Positions 45,628-48,754 of a stretch of 48,754 nt of DNA are shown in pieces. Position 1 is the first letter of the stretch; each line of letters starts with the position of its first letter. The notes beneath the pieces are model-generated. The model saw nothing but the letters and a program-made list of their open reading frames with translations. It ran no database searches and was not told where the DNA came from. The stretch is from NCBI GenBank assembly GCA_964526235.1, contig CAZGLC010000004.1, positions 1-48,754 of the forward strand, given 5' to 3'. The position numbers and the translations under genes are program-made. The DNA is from an uncultured Bifidobacteriaceae bacterium (GTDB taxonomy: Bacteria > Acidobacteriota > Vicinamibacteria > Vicinamibacterales > UBA2999).

Positions 45628-48561
45628 ATGACACTCGGACGATTGGTCTGGTTGGCCGTCCTCGCCATCCTCGTCCTGCCGCCGCTCGCCGCGGCGCAGG
45701 AAGCCACCCTCAACGGCACGGTGCGCGACAACACCGGCGGCGTGCTGCCGGGTGTGACCGTCACCGCGACGCACGATGCCGCGGGGAGCACGTTCGTCGG
45801 CGTCACCGATCAGAGCGGCGCCTACCGCATCTCGCTGCGCACGGGCGTGTACCGGGTGACGGCGGAGCTCTCCGGCTTCGCGACCGTCGCGAGACCCGGC
45901 ATCGAGCTGCTGCTCGGCCGCGAAGTGACCCTCAATCTCGACATGGGCGTGTCGGGCGTGCAGGAGACCGTCACGGTCACCGGCGAAGCGCCGCTCATCG
46001 AGGTCACCTCGTCGACCGTGAGCGGCAACATCGACCCGCGCCAGATGTCGGAGCTGCCGGTCAACGGCCGCAACTGGATGGACCTGAGCCTGCTGGCGCC
46101 GGGCAGCCGCGCGAATGCAGCGAGTGAAGTGCCGCAGGACCGGCAGGGCTTCTTCCAGGTGAACCTCGACGGCCAGCAGATCACGCAGCTGATCTGCTGC
46201 TCGCAGCAGCAGCCGCGGTACAGCCGGGACGCGATCGCGGAGTTCGAGCTCATCACCAACCGGTTCGACGCGACGCAGGGGCGTTCGCAGGGCATGGTGG
46301 TGAATGCGATCACCAAGTCCGGGACGAATACGCCGGCCGGGACGTTCTCCGGCTATTTCCGGGACGACAGCTTCAACGCGGAGGACTTCATCCAGCGACG
46401 GGTGCTCCCGTACTCCGACCAGCAGTTCAGCGGGACGTTCGGCGGCCCGATCCGACGCGACCGGATCCACGTCTTCGGCAACTACGAGTACGAGCGTGAG
46501 CCGCGTACAGTCACCTTCAATAGTCCGTACCCGAGCTTCAACATCGACCTGCCCGGAACCCGCACCCAGCATACGGGCGGCGTCCGCAGCGACGCGCAGT
46601 TCACGCCGCAGTCGCACCTGACGATGCGCTACGCGAAGTACTACCAGCTGATCCCGCGGGAGGCCACCGGCGGCGCCGCGCTGCATCCGTCCACGTCGCG
46701 GAGCACCCGCCGTGAGAGCAATCAGGTCTGGCTGACGCAGGCCTGGGTGCTGAATGACCGCACCCTCAACCAGCTGAAGGGCGGATTCTCGGATTTCCAC
46801 TGGGCGCTGACGACCGATCCGAAGTGGCAGGGAGGATCCTTCCCGGTCGACAAGGGGATGGGGGGCGCCGCGCCCACCATCTTGTTCACCGGCTACTCGA
46901 TCGGGACGCAACCCTCCAACGCGCCGCAGGACATCTTCGAGCGGATCTGGTCGATTCGTGACGACTTTACGCTGTCGTACACGGCGATGGGCCGCCATGA
47001 TCTGAAGACCGGCGCCGAGTACCTGAACTGGTACGGCAACTGGCTGCACTGGTGCAATCGCTGCGCGGGCGTGTACTCGACCAATTCGCGCCCCCCGGCG
47101 AACGTCGAATCACTGTTCCCGGTCTGGAATGACGTGTCCACGTGGAACCTGGCGCCGCTGTCGCCGCTCATCACGCGCTACGAGGAATCGTTCGGCGACC
47201 ACAGCATGACGCGCCGCCGCAACGTCTTCGCGTTCTGGCTGCAGGACGACTGGTCGGCGACGAGCCGCCTCACGCTGAACCTCGGTGTCCGGCACGATCT
47301 CGACTTCGGGGTGCTCGGCGAGGACATCGAGTTCCGGCCGTGGCTGTCGGGGAACCGTCCGGCCGACACGAACAACATCGCGCCGCGGCTCGGCTTCGCC
47401 TACCAGCTGAACGACCGCACCGTCGTCCGCGGCGGCTACGGGCTGTTCTACACGCAGCTCGAGAGCGACGCGGCGCACCAGTCGGAGCTCTGGACCCGCA
47501 CGGCCATTCCACAGGTGCTGAACAACGGACGGGCCGACTTCGCGGTCAACCCGTTCAACGGCCCGAGGCCGACCTACGAGCAGGTGCTCGCCGGCGCGTG
47601 CGACCAGAACGGCAACAGGCCGGGCTGCTTCCGGCGATCCATCACGATCGAGATCCCCGGCCCGAGCGAGAGCGGGATGGAGAAGCTGCATGAAGTGAGC
47701 TTCAGCCATCAGGCGTCGGTCGGCCTCCAGCGGCAGTTCGGCGGCGTGATGGCGATCGAAGCCAACTACGTCTTCACCGGCGGCCGCGCCGAGGAGGTCG
47801 CGCGCAACATGAACCTGTCGTACAACGCGGCGACGCTGGCGAACAACCCGTTCACCAACGCGGCGCTGCTGCCGTTCCCCGAGTGGGGGACCGTGCTCGG
47901 CGAGTTCATGATCGGCCGGACCAACTACCATGGCCTGGAGATGAACTTCACCAAGCGGATGAGCGACCGCTGGCAGGCCAACGCCACCTACTCGCTGTCA
48001 GGCTTCTACGATTCACCGGGCGAGCCGGTGTTCGTCCAGCCGGACGGCCGCGGCGGCGTCATGTGGAGCCCGCTCGCGTTCCGCGTGTCTCCGGATCTCG
48101 GTGACGACTACTCGCTCGCGGTGACGGATCAGCGGCATCGGGCCACGTTCAACGGGATCTGGGAACCGGGCTACGGCGTCCAGTTGAGCGGGTTGTATTT
48201 CTTCGGTTCCGGCCTGCGGTATGTCACCAACTGGGGCGGCGACCTGCGCAACCTGGGGACGACCGCGGACCAGGGCAGCTGGGGCGCGGGTCGGCTGCGT
48301 CCGGACGGCGCCATCGTCCCACGCAACGACCTCGTCGGCGATCCGATCCATCGCGTCGACATGCGGATCCAGAAGCGGTTCAGGTTTGGCGGTCGCGTGA
48401 CGGCCGACGGGATGGCCGAGGTGTTCAACATTTTCAACCACGCGAACTACGGCTCGTATACCACTGCCGTGAGCAACGCCAACTTCGGCCGGCCGTCGTT
48501 CAACGCGAACGTCGCGTACCAGCCGCGCATCGTGCAGCTCGGCTTCCGCTTCGCGTTCTGA
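45628..48561 (+). CDS. TonB-dependent receptor with N-terminal CarboxypepD_reg-like domain (TBDR-2)
   Basis: An AAGGAG SD is present, and the protein has a signal peptide. The N-terminal segment reads LNGTVRDNTGGVLPGVTVTATH....TDQSGAYRI. It is 977 aa and has a C-terminal ...LGFRFAF. Confidence 0.9.
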   Translation: MTLGRLVWLAVLAILVLPPLAAAQEATLNGTVRDNTGGVLPGVTVTATHDAAGSTFVGVTDQSGAYRISLRTGVYRVTAELSGFATVARPGIELLLGREVTLNLDMGVSGVQETVTVTGEAPLIEVTSSTVSGNIDPRQMSELPVNGRNWMDLSLLAPGSRANAASEVPQDRQGFFQVNLDGQQITQLICCSQQQPRYSRDAIAEFELITNRFDATQGRSQGMVVNAITKSGTNTPAGTFSGYFRDDSFNAEDFIQRRVLPYSDQQFSGTFGGPIRRDRIHVFGNYEYEREPRTVTFNSPYPSFNIDLPGTRTQHTGGVRSDAQFTPQSHLTMRYAKYYQLIPREATGGAALHPSTSRSTRRESNQVWLTQAWVLNDRTLNQLKGGFSDFHWALTTDPKWQGGSFPVDKGMGGAAPTILFTGYSIGTQPSNAPQDIFERIWSIRDDFTLSYTAMGRHDLKTGAEYLNWYGNWLHWCNRCAGVYSTNSRPPANVESLFPVWNDVSTWNLAPLSPLITRYEESFGDHSMTRRRNVFAFWLQDDWSATSRLTLNLGVRHDLDFGVLGEDIEFRPWLSGNRPADTNNIAPRLGFAYQLNDRTVVRGGYGLFYTQLESDAAHQSELWTRTAIPQVLNNGRADFAVNPFNGPRPTYEQVLAGACDQNGNRPGCFRRSITIEIPGPSESGMEKLHEVSFSHQASVGLQRQFGGVMAIEANYVFTGGRAEEVARNMNLSYNAATLANNPFTNAALLPFPEWGTVLGEFMIGRTNYHGLEMNFTKRMSDRWQANATYSLSGFYDSPGEPVFVQPDGRGGVMWSPLAFRVSPDLGDDYSLAVTDQRHRATFNGIWEPGYGVQLSGLYFFGSGLRYVTNWGGDLRNLGTTADQGSWGAGRLRPDGAIVPRNDLVGDPIHRVDMRIQKRFRFGGRVTADGMAEVFNIFNHANYGSYTTAVSNANFGRPSFNANVAYQPRIVQLGFRFAF

Positions 48562-48568
48562 ACACGAA

Positions 48569-48631
48569 GGGGTCAGGGCACAGGGGTCAGGGGTCAGCGA
48601 GTTCGCCCTGCCCCCTCCCCTGACCCCTGAC
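48569..48631. repeat. Palindromic heptamer array (GGGGTCA type) / terminator-like hairpin after TBDR-2
   Basis: The left arm reads GGGGTCA GGGCACA GGGGTCA GGGGTCA (48569-48596). The right arm reads CCCTGCCCCCTCCCCTGACCCCTGAC (48606-48631). GTCAGGGGTCAG (48586-48597) is the exact reverse complement of CTGACCCCTGAC (48620-48631). Confidence 0.8.
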
Positions 48632-48754
48632 GAACCACCGATGTATCTGTTTAGCGGGTCAGCGCTCTGCTGATCCGCTCTTCCGTCCCCACGACACACC
48701 GAGGCACTGAGGCAGCGATACTGAGCACGCTGTATCTCTACCGCGGGCGCGCGT

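Noticed and set aside
48632-48754. Possible gene fragment at the right edge of the window
   Set aside because: All frames are open or ambiguous over only ~120 nt, and no motif is recognisable. The region is left unannotated.

Overview
This is a 48.75-kb high-G+C bacterial chromosomal segment with about 47 credible CDS. It has no rRNA, no CRISPR array and no intact transposase. The gene content suggests a soil Acidobacteriota-type genome (inference only): two ~970-aa CarboxypepD_reg-type TonB-dependent receptors, a PEGA pseudokinase, a TPR/TonB-C protein, NHL, GYD and DUF3500 proteins, and many Sec/Tat-exported enzymes.

Layout:
(1) 1-55 is the 3' part of a tRNA-Ser. It is followed by an A/T-richer, decayed integrative-island remnant of about 2 kb. 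The remnant holds a frameshifted integrase C-terminus, an MntA-like nucleotidyltransferase without HepT, a DUF2283 gene, a frameshifted small gene, a truncated HicB-like gene and an intact RHH-antitoxin/MazF pair.
(2) 2.0-15.9 kb carries a zinc-ribbon ORF plus PilZ, a subclass B3 metallo-beta-lactamase and a YeiH-like exporter. It also carries a membrane pseudokinase with PEGA repeats coupled to a TPR/TonB-C protein, a GYD protein and a CxxCH lipoprotein. The block ends with SMP-30 plus a HIBADH-like reductase, and a DUF3500-GGT operon.
(3) 15.9-22.8 kb is an uncharacterised catabolic cluster: split ComD/ComE-like ThDP decarboxylase, acyl-CoA dehydrogenase, MmgE/PrpD, cupin, a Tat-exported triple-RidA fusion and an MFS transporter.
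(4) 22.8-29.7 kb carries a hybrid histidine kinase, DUF6152 copy 1, an orphan SBP, an NHL protein, a DASS permease and a glutaminyl cyclase.
(5) 29.7-37.8 kb carries TBDR-1 divergent from tctCBA, a second MmgE/PrpD and an atypical SDR.
(6) 37.8-38.5 kb is a vapBC module with a perfect operator palindrome.
(7) 38.7-48.6 kb is a DUF6152-centred envelope locus. It contains DUF6152 copy 2, an unknown 376-aa secreted protein, a secreted alpha/beta hydrolase and a TAXI-TRAP transporter. It then carries an inverted duplication of two further DUF6152 genes and TBDR-2.

The most unusual signals are:
- Three families of 7-nt tandem arrays at gene borders. One lies in-frame inside tctB and another runs into the DASS N-terminus. 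Two of the families are G-quadruplex motifs.
- Four DUF6152 paralogues whose predicted mature N-terminus is His-His-Ser.
- Several -10-like hexamers lying 6-9 nt from start codons, which suggests leaderless mRNAs. One pair is perfectly symmetrical and back-to-back at 15918-15944.

Most long ORFs in the six-frame track that run antisense or out of frame to the genes listed here are high-GC artefacts.
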